Below, in pieces: positions 37,259-47,745 of a DNA stretch of 64,000 nt. The first letter of the stretch is position 1; each line of letters starts with the position of its first letter. This DNA comes from a virus. Both the position numbers and the translations under genes were made by a program. Location of the stretch: positions 3,239 through 67,238 of the IMG/VR virus record IMGVR_UViG_3300036859_000726, one strand, 5' to 3'. The notes under the pieces were generated by a model that worked only from the letters and a program-made list of their open reading frames with translations, was not told the origin of the DNA and did not search any database.

Positions 37259-37497
37259 AGGCAACAGACGCACTGAACACAATCGCTGCGCTCGAGGCGA
37301 TTCTTCGCCTTGGGTCTCAGTTGCAGGCTTACACATCTCTGGTGCTGAAGGCCAGATCCGAAGGTCGTGAAGTCTCTCTGGCTGAGCTGCAGGAACTGCG
37401 CAATCAGGATGATGCCGCACGAGCAGAAGAATCAGCAGCGATCGAAGCAGCCGAGCTTCGCGAGACTCATGCTCCGACACCGGAGGAAGAGGGCTGA
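37255..37497 (+). CDS. Hypothetical lysis-cassette protein
   Basis: ATGA-coupled; amphipathic helix. Confidence 0.6.
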   Translation: MKATDALNTIAALEAILRLGSQLQAYTSLVLKARSEGREVSLAELQELRNQDDAARAEESAAIEAAELRETHAPTPEEEG

Positions 37498-38018
37498 TGG
37501 TCAGGGGGGTCATACTAGGAGTCCTGGATTTCTTTCGACCCCCTGATCCGCCGATGACAGATTTCTTTGGTCCTGAAGCATCAATGGCACGGATTGAATT
37601 TCATATGAAAGCTCTTCATATCTGGCGAACAAAAGTGACATACACTCTGGCAGCTGGAGCGCTTTTCCTTTTGGTCTCCTTTTTCACCTCTTTGGGTCTT
37701 GTGTTCTCTAAAGACCTTCCTGTGAAAGTTGACGGGGCTGTTAAGAACAGCAGCCTGGCAAAGTCTGTTGAGGAGATCAGAGTCGAGCAGCAGCTCTCGA
37801 AGACAGAGCAGACAGCAATGAAGGCCGATATCAGCCAAGTCAAGCAGCAGCTGGACACGATGACTCCTGTTATCAAAGAGATATACAAGGGTTCAATAGC
37901 ATCCACGATCTGCAGACTTCTTGCCAGCAATCTCCGAAAGGAAGCTGACACGGAGCAAACGAAATACAAGTCAGTGGACGGGGACTACTATCCCGAGTCT
38001 CGCTGCGGAGGTAAGTAA
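37497..38018 (+). CDS. Membrane protein with coiled coil (possible i-spanin)
   Basis: TM segment TLAAGALFLLVSFFTSLGLVF followed by a coiled coil and C-terminal Cys pair. Confidence 0.55.
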   Translation: MVRGVILGVLDFFRPPDPPMTDFFGPEASMARIEFHMKALHIWRTKVTYTLAAGALFLLVSFFTSLGLVFSKDLPVKVDGAVKNSSLAKSVEEIRVEQQLSKTEQTAMKADISQVKQQLDTMTPVIKEIYKGSIASTICRLLASNLRKEADTEQTKYKSVDGDYYPESRCGGK

Positions 38019-38669
38019 GTGGCTACTGCTATGACATTCAACAGCCTCAAGGCTGACGTCAAGAAGTATCTGGAAAGAGGAAGCATCGCAGACACCCAGG
38101 TCTATGACGAGATTCCGACCCTGATCAACCTTGCAGAGCGCAATCTCGCTCGAGCACTGAAGGTCACCGGAACCATGAATGTCGTGACGACTGCGCTGGT
38201 TGCTGGAACTAGCACCTATGCGAAGCCTGATCGCTGGCGCAGAAACGTGAGCATGGAGTATGCTGTCGGCAATTCGCCACTTCAGACTCGCCAGGCGATC
38301 TACGCCAGAAGCTATGAGTACTGCCGCGAATACTGGCCGAATGCAGAACTGCGCGGCGCTCCTCTGTTCTATGCAGACTATGACTATGCGAACTGGCTTG
38401 TTGTCCCGACGCCAGACGCCGCGTATCCTCTGCAGATCATCTACTATCAGCAGCCTCCTCTGCTCGACGACACTCAGCAAACGAATTGGCTGACCGAGTA
38501 CGCTCCGAGCGCCCTGCTGTATCGCACACTACTCGAGGCCGAGCCATTCCTCAAGAACGACACTCGCATGCAGACGTGGCGCGGCCTGTATGATGAGGCC
38601 ATTGACCAGGTGGTTGTTGAGGACCTTCAGAAGATGACCGACCGATCTTCTGACAGGACCGGAGACTGA
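38019..38669 (+). CDS. Head-tail adaptor protein
   Basis: FNSLKADVKKYL...IPTLINLAE...LLYRTLLEAEPFLKND. Confidence 0.75.
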   Translation: MATAMTFNSLKADVKKYLERGSIADTQVYDEIPTLINLAERNLARALKVTGTMNVVTTALVAGTSTYAKPDRWRRNVSMEYAVGNSPLQTRQAIYARSYEYCREYWPNAELRGAPLFYADYDYANWLVVPTPDAAYPLQIIYYQQPPLLDDTQQTNWLTEYAPSALLYRTLLEAEPFLKNDTRMQTWRGLYDEAIDQVVVEDLQKMTDRSSDRTGD

Positions 38670-38671
38670 TA

Positions 38672-40501
38672 ATGCCGTTTACTGACCTCTTTGGTGGACA
38701 ACTCATCTATCCTAGCCAGCTCTCGTATTTGGGGCTGTCTATTGTTGAAGACGTCCAACTGCTCTGGCCTACGGAGCAGGCAATACCTGACGCAGATGTT
38801 GTATCAGACATCATAGAGGTAGTCGCGATTGACCCAGGCCTGTCTGTGCTGATGCCATCCGCAGCACTGGTGACGCCTGGCATGGCCGTTCTGTTCTACA
38901 ACTCTGGCGCAGAGACCTTTACGGTCAAAGACTTCGATGGCAACACTCTTCTGGCGGTTGCATCTGGAGAGGCCTGGCAGCTCTATCTTCGCATCAACAC
39001 GACTTCTGCAGGGACTTGGAGAGCATTCCAGTTCGGAGCTGGCGTGTCACCCACCAACGCTGCATCGCTAGCTGGCGCAGGCATCAAGGCAATCAGCACC
39101 ACGCTGAATCAGATGATGGCTGTCATAGACACGAGCGTCAACTATGCAGTCCTCAATGACGATAGAGCCAAGATCATCAACTGGACGGGCGGCGCAGGCA
39201 CGATCACGCTTCCTGATCCAACCATCGTCGGCTCGGACTGGTTTGCTGTGCTTCGAAACAGCGGAACTGGCACTCTTGTCATCAATGTGACTGCTGGCGA
39301 GATAAACGGCAATTCTAGCTTGAACATGCGAATCGGAGACTCCTGCTTCGTCGTGACTGACGGAGTGGCATTCTACACGGTTGGTCTCGGTCCTAACATC
39401 ATCTCTGTGTTCGACTACGACAGCATCAACGTCGCTGGTTCTGGCGACTATGTTCTGGCTGGAGCCCACCTCAATCGTGTTGCGTACAATCTGACAGGTC
39501 TGTTGACTGGTAATCGAAATATCATCGTTCCAGACGAGGTTCAGCAGTATTGGATACAGAACAATACGACTGGCGCGTTCACGCTGACCGTCAAGACTGC
39601 TGGCGGCACCGGTGTTCCGATCAACACTGGAAACCACAACATCGTATTCAGCAATGGCGTTAATGTCATCAATGCTGTTAGCACGTCTGGCTCTCTCACG
39701 AATGGCGTGACATTCCAAGCTTCTGGTGGAGTGCCTCCAGGGACTGTTTATAACGGCTCTGTTGCTCGGATTGTAGACTATCAAAGTGTTGGGGCGCCAA
39801 AGGCTGATGGTACTGGCGCAACTGGTACATGGCCAATTGACATCGCTGGCAATGCAGCCACAGCCACGAATGCTGCGATGGCAGCGATCGCTGCAGCTCT
39901 TGCTAATGCAGTCACCTTCGCGATCAGCGGCGGCGCGGTTGCCGGAACGACCTTTGACGGTTCCGCACCAAGAACGATTGATCACAGCTCTGTTGGCGCA
40001 GTTCCTCTGACTCGCACAGTGGGTCCTGGCACAGGACTTACTGGCGGCGGCGCATTGTCTGCAGACTTGATCCTTGCTCTAGCGAACACTGCTGTGACTC
40101 CAGGCTCTTATGTAGCGCCGACGATCACGATCGATGCTCAGGGCCGCATCACTTCCGCAGCGAATGGTGCATCTGCTTCAGGTCTAATCGTGCTGTCGTC
40201 ATCGATAGCTGGTAATGGCTACATCGAGTTTGCCGCTGCGTCCGCACCTGCAGTTCGATTGTTCATCATACAGTGGGGACAATCGACCATCGCTGGCAAC
40301 GCTACCGCCACTGTTAACTTCCCAACTCCATTCACGTCATTTGGTCGTGTAGCTTTGTCGGGGGCGGAGGCTACATTTGGTGCAAATGCACAAGACAACT
40401 ACGTGTATCTGCGACCACTAGTCAACACGCTCAATTTGTTTGGTGTCGGTAATTCCAATGGGAATATCAATACCTTCCAGTGGATAGCGATAGGGGTATA
40501 A
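38672..40501 (+). CDS. Tail fibre/tail spike with gp53-like C-terminal domain
   Basis: PGSY..PTITIDAQGRITSA repeat; C-terminal IIQWG. Confidence 0.75.
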   Translation: MPFTDLFGGQLIYPSQLSYLGLSIVEDVQLLWPTEQAIPDADVVSDIIEVVAIDPGLSVLMPSAALVTPGMAVLFYNSGAETFTVKDFDGNTLLAVASGEAWQLYLRINTTSAGTWRAFQFGAGVSPTNAASLAGAGIKAISTTLNQMMAVIDTSVNYAVLNDDRAKIINWTGGAGTITLPDPTIVGSDWFAVLRNSGTGTLVINVTAGEINGNSSLNMRIGDSCFVVTDGVAFYTVGLGPNIISVFDYDSINVAGSGDYVLAGAHLNRVAYNLTGLLTGNRNIIVPDEVQQYWIQNNTTGAFTLTVKTAGGTGVPINTGNHNIVFSNGVNVINAVSTSGSLTNGVTFQASGGVPPGTVYNGSVARIVDYQSVGAPKADGTGATGTWPIDIAGNAATATNAAMAAIAAALANAVTFAISGGAVAGTTFDGSAPRTIDHSSVGAVPLTRTVGPGTGLTGGGALSADLILALANTAVTPGSYVAPTITIDAQGRITSAANGASASGLIVLSSSIAGNGYIEFAAASAPAVRLFIIQWGQSTIAGNATATVNFPTPFTSFGRVALSGAEATFGANAQDNYVYLRPLVNTLNLFGVGNSNGNINTFQWIAIGV

Positions 40502-42031
40502 GTGGCAACTTCACCAGTCAAACCGATTGTTGTTCGCGGACAAGCAGGAATCCAGCGAGACGGCACGCTGATGGACGCGACTGGATATGTAGAGGGGCGC
40601 TGGTGCAGATTCCAGAGAAGTCTGCCGCGCAAGATGGGCGGATACACTCGTGTAGTGAAGACCATCCCAGACAAGATCTACGGCATGCGTGTCGACGGAA
40701 TCGACAACGAGATCCTTGTACACGCTGGATCAGCCAATTCTCTGCTTCAAATGCTTCTGACCACTTCTGGCGCATTCGTCACGCAGAGCGACAGAACGCC
40801 AGCCGGATTTGCTGCCTCACCAAACAACGTCTGGCAGATGGACAGCTTCTATGACTCTGCTGACGGCTCGCAGCAGCTTATCGCTCACGCAGGTCAGAGT
40901 CTTGCGGATATCACAGACGAGACGGAGCTTCCGATTTATGCTGGCCCACTCACGGCAAACACACCACTTGTTGCTACCGGAATGGATCCTGTGTCTGGCG
41001 GCGTCCTTGCCTGCGGACCGTATCTGCTCGCGTATGGAAACAACGGACGAGTCGACGTTAGTCCTGCCAATGCATTCAACGTCACAGCGTCGTCCTCTTT
41101 CGTTACCGGCAGCAAAATTGTCAAAGGGATCGCAACTCGCGGCACTGGTGCTGGCCCTGGAGCGATCCTGTGGTCTCTCGACTCGATCATACGGGCTCAG
41201 TTCAACGATCCGGTACAAGCGACGTTCGCCTTCGACACGCTGACAACTGAGAGCTCAGTGTTGTCGTCACAGGGATTCGTAGACTATGATGGCATATTCT
41301 TCTGGGCTGGGATGGATCGATTCCTGTACTTCAACGGCTCTGTGAATGAGCTTGAGAACACGTACAACGTCAATTGGTTCTACGACAACATCAACTTTGA
41401 GCATCGCAACAAATGCTTTGCTTATAAGGTGCCGCGATTCGGAGAGATCTGGTGGTGCTTCCCATTTGGAGATGCCACTGAGTGCACGCATGCTGTTGTA
41501 TTCAACGTGCGAGAGAAGTACTGGTACGACACAGAGCTCCCGAGCACAATGCGTACAGCGGGTGCATTCGCCAAGGTTTACCAGAAGCCTTTCATGTGCG
41601 ACGCAACTGCTGACATTACGTCTTCTGGATTCAGCATGTGGAAGCATGAAGAGGGTGTCAATGAGGTTCGCGAGGACGAGGTTCTTGCGATCGACTCTTA
41701 CTTCAGGACGCAGGAATTCTCGCCGATCTTGAATGGCGGAGATCAAGGGCTGAGGATTGCAAGAACAGAGCCAGACTTCATTCAGACTGGACCTTTGACT
41801 GTTCGGGTCTTTGGGCGTGCGAATGCAAGATGCGAGCCGGAAGGAGGCGAAACCTTCACTGTGCAGGACACAGTTGATCTTGCAGAGCCGCAGACCCAGG
41901 TCGTGAACATGAAGGAAGGGCATCGCTTGATGGCCTTGGAGTTCCGCTCCAATGTTGCTGGCGGCGACTTCCAGCTTGGAAAAACACTTGCATTTGTTGA
42001 ACCTATCGACTCTAGATTCACAGGACAATAA
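40502..42031 (+). CDS. Tail nozzle/hub (tubular protein B-like)
   Basis: ~510-aa beta-propeller-like protein with YRFGEIWW-like segment; precedes the ejection genes. Confidence 0.7.
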   Translation: MATSPVKPIVVRGQAGIQRDGTLMDATGYVEGRWCRFQRSLPRKMGGYTRVVKTIPDKIYGMRVDGIDNEILVHAGSANSLLQMLLTTSGAFVTQSDRTPAGFAASPNNVWQMDSFYDSADGSQQLIAHAGQSLADITDETELPIYAGPLTANTPLVATGMDPVSGGVLACGPYLLAYGNNGRVDVSPANAFNVTASSSFVTGSKIVKGIATRGTGAGPGAILWSLDSIIRAQFNDPVQATFAFDTLTTESSVLSSQGFVDYDGIFFWAGMDRFLYFNGSVNELENTYNVNWFYDNINFEHRNKCFAYKVPRFGEIWWCFPFGDATECTHAVVFNVREKYWYDTELPSTMRTAGAFAKVYQKPFMCDATADITSSGFSMWKHEEGVNEVREDEVLAIDSYFRTQEFSPILNGGDQGLRIARTEPDFIQTGPLTVRVFGRANARCEPEGGETFTVQDTVDLAEPQTQVVNMKEGHRLMALEFRSNVAGGDFQLGKTLAFVEPIDSRFTGQ

Positions 42032-42591
42032 TGGGCATCCTAAACAACATGGCTCCTGAGCCTCTTTACTCTTCAGAGCCTCCATATTATACTTACGGAG
42101 CGCCGCAGGGTTCGCTGCAGCCAGCACAGCCTCCACAGGGGACAACGTTGGCGCCACAGCAGCAACCAGTGCAGAAGTTCGCGAAAGGCGGTCAAGGATC
42201 GCCAGCCAGGCAGAACCTGGAGAAGCTGAGGACTGCTGCAGGTCTTCAGGAAGAAGATATAATCAACCCAGACCGTTTGCAGGACCTAGCCGCGCCGGAA
42301 GGCCCGCTAGACGACGCTGCAGGACCCGAGGAAGTTGATGGTGAATCCTTCTATGTGGAAGGGCCTGGGACAGGGCGAAGCGATGAAATTGACGCGAAGC
42401 TCTCTGACGGAGAATATGTGTTTGACGCCGAGACTGTTGCTCTGCTCGGCGACGGCTCAAGCAAAGCTGGTGCTGCACAGCTTGACGCTCTCAGAGAGCG
42501 GATCAGAGCTCACAAGGGTGCTGCGCTTGCCAAAGGCAAAATCTCTCCTGACGCGAAGCCCGCAGAGCAATATCTCAAGGGAGCGAAATAA
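42031..42591 (+). CDS. Internal virion (ejection) protein
   Basis: KFAKGG; GTGRSDEIDAKLSDGEYVFDAETV. Confidence 0.7.
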   Translation: MGILNNMAPEPLYSSEPPYYTYGAPQGSLQPAQPPQGTTLAPQQQPVQKFAKGGQGSPARQNLEKLRTAAGLQEEDIINPDRLQDLAAPEGPLDDAAGPEEVDGESFYVEGPGTGRSDEIDAKLSDGEYVFDAETVALLGDGSSKAGAAQLDALRERIRAHKGAALAKGKISPDAKPAEQYLKGAK

Positions 42592-42593
42592 CC

Positions 42594-43775
42594 ATGGGCT
42601 GGCTTGATGCTATAGTCGAAGGCGGGAAGTCCCTCATCAAGAACAATGCTGGCCAAATCGCCAGCGGCGTGGCCGGTGCAGTTCTTGGCAACAAGGGTGG
42701 TGGTAGCACGAAGTCTGGGACGACTGTTGAGACGATGCCGGCATGGATGACTGAAGCAGCTCAACAGATGCTGCAGCAGAGCACGCAGCTCGCCAGTCAG
42801 CCATATCAGCAGTACGGAGGTCCTCGCGTCGCAGGGCTGAACCAGGACCAGCAGGATGCGGCGAACATCGTCCGCGGCAATGTTGGTCAAGCCTCTGGTG
42901 TAATGGCGAATGCGATGGGCACTCTCAACCCGAACGCAGGCCAAGGCATGCTCGCGAGGGCTGGCCAGTTCCTGAACAGCGCAGACGGATCGTACACAGA
43001 TCCTGGTGTCGCAGAGAAATTCATCAATCCGTATACGCAGAACGTGATAGACAAGAGTCGAAACGAGGCGATGCGAACGTGGAATGATGAGATCATGCCC
43101 GGTATGGAAGGCATGTTTGTCCGCAATGGCAACTATGGCTCCTCTGCTATGGCTCGCACAATGGGCAGGAATGCCGCCGATCTTACCAGTCGTGTTCAGG
43201 ATAATGCTGGTGCTATGCTGTCTGATGCATATCAGGCTGGTGCAGGCCAGTTCAATACCGAGCAAGGCCAGAAGGGGCAGCTGTCTCAGATCGCATCTGG
43301 TTTGGGTCAGACTGAGCAGAACATGAATGAGTCTGGCGCCAGAACGATGACAGACCTTGCCAGCCAGTGGTCCGACCAGAGCGGCAGGGAAGTCAACGCA
43401 CTCTCGAATGTCGGAGAGCAGCAAAGGCAGATCGATCAGGCTGCGATGGACGCCGACTTCCAGAACTGGGGTGCAGCGCAGGGCTACTCACAAGAGCAGC
43501 TCCAGCAAATGCTCAATACTCTTCAGGGTGTTCAGGGCACAGGAGGCCGAACGACCAGCACCACTGGAACCGAGAAGGACAACAACTCGCCGCTCAAGAA
43601 TGCCGCAACCGGCGTTGCCTTGTGGAACTCTGTCATGGGAACAGGATCCGGACCGAAGCTGGACCCCAAAGTTACGACTGCTGATCAGGCAGTCAACTAC
43701 ACAGGTCCTGGCGATGTCAGACAAGTCGCGAGAGGTGGCCTGCTCCGTCAGATCGCGCATCGGAGGGCTGCGTAA
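42594..43775 (+). CDS. DNA ejection protein
   Basis: Gln/Gly/Ala-rich; PYQQYGGPRVAGLNQDQ. Confidence 0.7.
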   Translation: MGWLDAIVEGGKSLIKNNAGQIASGVAGAVLGNKGGGSTKSGTTVETMPAWMTEAAQQMLQQSTQLASQPYQQYGGPRVAGLNQDQQDAANIVRGNVGQASGVMANAMGTLNPNAGQGMLARAGQFLNSADGSYTDPGVAEKFINPYTQNVIDKSRNEAMRTWNDEIMPGMEGMFVRNGNYGSSAMARTMGRNAADLTSRVQDNAGAMLSDAYQAGAGQFNTEQGQKGQLSQIASGLGQTEQNMNESGARTMTDLASQWSDQSGREVNALSNVGEQQRQIDQAAMDADFQNWGAAQGYSQEQLQQMLNTLQGVQGTGGRTTSTTGTEKDNNSPLKNAATGVALWNSVMGTGSGPKLDPKVTTADQAVNYTGPGDVRQVARGGLLRQIAHRRAA

Positions 43776-46700
43776 TGGCTGACCTGTACGACGATGACGA
43801 AGATGCAGGCAACGATGACTTCGCGTCTCTGAATGAGAGCATTCAGGGTCTTCCAGACAAGATCTCGCGCGGCGTGGTTGAAGGACTCAATCCTCCTTCT
43901 ACACCTGAGCAGATCAATTGGGCGAATGACATCCTGAGTGATGCAGACACTCTTGATTCAGAGATGGAGGACTTGCTTTCGAAGCGGTCTGCCGCAACCT
44001 CTGGCCCGCAAGGAACACTTGAGCGCCTTCGAGCAGCTCGTGAAAGACTTGCGAATCAATCATACGACACTGACAATCGTCGCATGTGGGGCGCAGTTGC
44101 TGCTGCTCTTGGACAGAATGGAAGCATCGGCGAAGCGATGGGCCGGAGTGCGGGCGCGATCAATCAGGAACGCACGGCACGTGATAAGTTTGACCAGAAT
44201 CAGCAGTCTGGCTTGACCGAGTATGATCAGGCGATTGGCGAGGCGATGACTGGCGACTACGACTCGCAGATGAAGGCTCTGCAGCATCGTATTGACGCAA
44301 GAAATGCTGAGCGTCTGAAGGCTCTTCAAGTTCTCGGAAAGGGCAAGTCTGCCAATGCACCAGGCGTCGCTCCAACTGCTGCGCGCTCCAACGTGCTGAA
44401 GATGGCGGACGACTGGTTCGCCAACCAGCGATCAGGTGTTGTGCTGAACGCCAAGATCATGGACGAGGCGGCGAAGCGTGCTGGCGAGGCCAAGACTGGA
44501 CCTGGATATGGCCTGATCTCTGCACTCGCCAAGTCTGAGCATGAGCTTCCTGCCATGATCGGCGAGTTCATGAAGGCAGTCAACAATCCGGACATCAAGG
44601 AACTGGAGCGCGATGTTCGCTCCGTCATCTTCCCGACCGTTCGCCAGGTGCTCGGTGCTCAGTTCACAGCGAAGGAAAACTTCACGTTGCTGGAGACTGC
44701 ATTCGACCCGAGCGCTCCGCCGCCAGTCAATCGTCGCCGCCTCGAACTAATCCTTTCAGGTCTGAAGGACGCTCAACACGTCAAGGATGCATACTTCTCA
44801 TACGCACGCGAGCATGGCGGCGACATGAGCGGCTATGGCGGACCAGATCTAACTGAAGTTGAGCGGATCGGTGATCGCATACTTGAGTATGCAGCATCCT
44901 CAGGCGCTGGCGAAGGCGCGGAGCAGGCTCGTCCTGCAATTGAGCGAAAGACTCGCCCTGGCCAGCCAAACAGCACTGATGAGTTCATTTCTGATCCTCG
45001 TGATCGCAATCGTATCATAAGGAATCCAAACTTCAAGCCGCAGGTTGTCCCTGGTGCCAGGGTTGTTGCGCCTCGCGCCGGAGCTGAAGCCGCACCAGCA
45101 GAGAAGCCTGCAGGCCTTTGGGACAACATCAAGCGCAAGGTCGGCGAGAAATTCGCAGAGGGCGGCGAGGTCGAGGGAGATCAAGACACAGAGGAGGTGA
45201 CGATTGGAGATCGCACTCTGACTGTCCCTAAAGGAATGACTGATGAGCAGATCTATGCATTCCTTGATGCACAGGAGGCTGCAGAGAAGGCTACAGCAGC
45301 AGAGACGGATGCTAACAGCACTGAGGCTATTGCAGAGCTTGCTGTTGACGGAACTGCAGCTGCAGCAGGATATGGCGGCGCGAACGCTCTTCAGCGACTT
45401 GCTGATGCAGCGAACGAACGCTCTCCTCATGAAGTCGCATGGGGAACTGAAGAGTATGGCTTGAGGCCAAATGAGAATTATCTGTCTCCTGGACAGAGAC
45501 GGTTTGCGGATCGATTCGCAACGGCAGAGACGCCGCCAGAGCAACGTTTGGACGCTCTGATTGAGCGCCACAAGGAGCTTCAGACCCAGAGAGGTCTGCC
45601 GAGAGCGACTGCTGCGGAGGCAATGACCCCGGAGCAGATCAGCCTTGTGAATGAATCGATCCGCTCCCCCAACTCGAGTGGTGTTGGCGCCGCAGAGCTT
45701 CGCCAGAATCTCGGCGAGAACCAGGCGTCAATGCTTGCTGGCGATCCGATGGACGTCGATCGAAATGGACGCGCAATGTCTGAGGGTCACACACTCGACA
45801 CGCTTCAGGCAGATCTGCAATCTAATCGTCCATACAAGGACGTCATTGAAGAACTCGAGAGAGTTCGCAAGGAAGCATACGATCCGCTTCGCCAGGCTGC
45901 ATATGCAGACCAGTGGGTCCCTGTCAACAAGTTCAATCCTGAGCTGATTGCCGACACGGATGTTGGTCGTACCGCTATTGAGCGGGCGCAGCAGTCATGG
46001 ATGAACAATATGGACACGAACGGCCGTCCGATGCTGCAGGGTCGGCGAATCAACCCAGGCAACCCTGCTGTCACACCAAGCGCATATGATGTCGAGTTCC
46101 TTGACAGCGTGCGTCGTGCTCTTAATGACATGCATGTTGAGTCTGTTCAAGGCAAAGGAACATTCAATACTCGCGACATCAATGCCTGGCGTCGCCGATT
46201 CACTGATGCTCTGTATGGCGCTCGTCCTGACCTGCAAGCTGCGAACTCTGAATATGAGACCCGCAGCAGACCGATTGATGCCGCTAGAGTTGGTCGCGGC
46301 GACAAGGATGCGAGTCGTGTGCTTTGGAAGGACCAGACCGGCAACTACAAGGATGCGACCTCATTCGACAATATGCCGACAGAGGAGCTGAGAGACTATC
46401 TGGCTTCCCTTGATCCTGACTCAAAGGCTGCGTTGCGAAGCGGACTCTACGAGAACTATCGCAATGCCATACAGGACACTTCTGCGAAGCGGAATCCTAT
46501 CGAGGCGATCTTCGGATCAGATGAACGTCCAAGCGAGAACATGTCTCGCCTCAAGCTCCTGTTTGAGGATGATCCTGAAGGTCTCCAGACGATGCTGGAT
46601 GACATCAAGGCTCATTCCAACTCCTACGACATCGCCCACTCAATGGGTGCGAAGAGCGAGTCTGCAAGAGGACGTCCACGCGGCGCTCCAGTCAGCAAGG

Positions 46701-47008
46701 CTGCGGATGTAGGTGGTAGGACTGCTGATGCCCTCACAAAGCCTGCGCGCCGTCTTATGCAAGGTCCTGATGGCGACAAGGCCCGGAAGTTCACAACGGA
46801 GGAGATTGACGACATCGCCCGCATCGCTTCCGAACATCGCCTTCAGTCATTGGAGCGCCTACGGAGGGCTGCAACAAACCGCGCTGGCCGAAAGGGCCGC
46901 GCCCGACGTGCAGGGCTTCTGGGTGCTGGCGCTGCCACCCTCTTTACCTTGAGGGACAAGCTGAAGCAGCTCGCAGAAGATGCATTTGAACCTGACGAGG
47001 CGAAGTGA
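43775..47008 (+). CDS. Large DNA ejection protein
   Basis: 1077 aa, helical, internal KFAEGGEV. Confidence 0.7.
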   Translation: MADLYDDDEDAGNDDFASLNESIQGLPDKISRGVVEGLNPPSTPEQINWANDILSDADTLDSEMEDLLSKRSAATSGPQGTLERLRAARERLANQSYDTDNRRMWGAVAAALGQNGSIGEAMGRSAGAINQERTARDKFDQNQQSGLTEYDQAIGEAMTGDYDSQMKALQHRIDARNAERLKALQVLGKGKSANAPGVAPTAARSNVLKMADDWFANQRSGVVLNAKIMDEAAKRAGEAKTGPGYGLISALAKSEHELPAMIGEFMKAVNNPDIKELERDVRSVIFPTVRQVLGAQFTAKENFTLLETAFDPSAPPPVNRRRLELILSGLKDAQHVKDAYFSYAREHGGDMSGYGGPDLTEVERIGDRILEYAASSGAGEGAEQARPAIERKTRPGQPNSTDEFISDPRDRNRIIRNPNFKPQVVPGARVVAPRAGAEAAPAEKPAGLWDNIKRKVGEKFAEGGEVEGDQDTEEVTIGDRTLTVPKGMTDEQIYAFLDAQEAAEKATAAETDANSTEAIAELAVDGTAAAAGYGGANALQRLADAANERSPHEVAWGTEEYGLRPNENYLSPGQRRFADRFATAETPPEQRLDALIERHKELQTQRGLPRATAAEAMTPEQISLVNESIRSPNSSGVGAAELRQNLGENQASMLAGDPMDVDRNGRAMSEGHTLDTLQADLQSNRPYKDVIEELERVRKEAYDPLRQAAYADQWVPVNKFNPELIADTDVGRTAIERAQQSWMNNMDTNGRPMLQGRRINPGNPAVTPSAYDVEFLDSVRRALNDMHVESVQGKGTFNTRDINAWRRRFTDALYGARPDLQAANSEYETRSRPIDAARVGRGDKDASRVLWKDQTGNYKDATSFDNMPTEELRDYLASLDPDSKAALRSGLYENYRNAIQDTSAKRNPIEAIFGSDERPSENMSRLKLLFEDDPEGLQTMLDDIKAHSNSYDIAHSMGAKSESARGRPRGAPVSKAADVGGRTADALTKPARRLMQGPDGDKARKFTTEEIDDIARIASEHRLQSLERLRRAATNRAGRKGRARRAGLLGAGAATLFTLRDKLKQLAEDAFEPDEAK

Positions 47009-47745
47009 TGGCAAAGCCAGCTCCAAAGGCTTCTCCTGGTAAGCTGTCTGTGATTGAACAGGCGCTGCAAGCATCAGATATGATGGCTCAAACAGACCCT
47101 CGTGCTGCTGTAGCAAGACCGATCCTGAAGACAATCGCCAGCATGCTTGGCACATACAACCCAGACTCTGACAGGATTGAGTTCGGTCTTCGTCCTGGCA
47201 TCATTGATGACATCATCGGCATCCCTTCCTCGATTGATGACATCTCTGCACTCCTCGGACATGGCACGCACATGTCTGGTGACATATCAAAGACAGCCGC
47301 GGCGCTCTCTGATGCATCAGCTCGAAGGCGCAATTTCGTGTCACCCTCCAGAGGAAAGGTTGATTCGGCAATTCAAGGTGTCTCTGATGTCATGGTGTCA
47401 GTGCCAGGCTCTCAGCCTGCAAAGATGGGCAAGATTGCTCGTGTCGCCACTGCAATTCCAAGAGCGATATACGACACTGTTGTGCCTGTGATGGACATGT
47501 CAACGAAGGTCGGAAAGGGTGTCGCGGTCGGATCATCCGGACTTGGTGCAGGCCTTGGTGTGATGGGATACGATCCTGAAGGAGAGGAAGAGTCTCCAGA
47601 CTTCTATGCGTCGCTCGCAGACAAGCTGAATCCGAAACCTCAAGAAGATTATGCTATGGTTGACACTTTGATTGCCAGAGCGCAGGCAGGCGATCGTTCA
47701 GCATATGAACAGCTCAAGATTATGTTTCCTGGGGAGATGAAGTAA
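47005..47745 (+). CDS. Internal virion protein (putative)
   Basis: Coupled within the ejection operon. Confidence 0.6.
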   Translation: MMAKPAPKASPGKLSVIEQALQASDMMAQTDPRAAVARPILKTIASMLGTYNPDSDRIEFGLRPGIIDDIIGIPSSIDDISALLGHGTHMSGDISKTAAALSDASARRRNFVSPSRGKVDSAIQGVSDVMVSVPGSQPAKMGKIARVATAIPRAIYDTVVPVMDMSTKVGKGVAVGSSGLGAGLGVMGYDPEGEEESPDFYASLADKLNPKPQEDYAMVDTLIARAQAGDRSAYEQLKIMFPGEMK

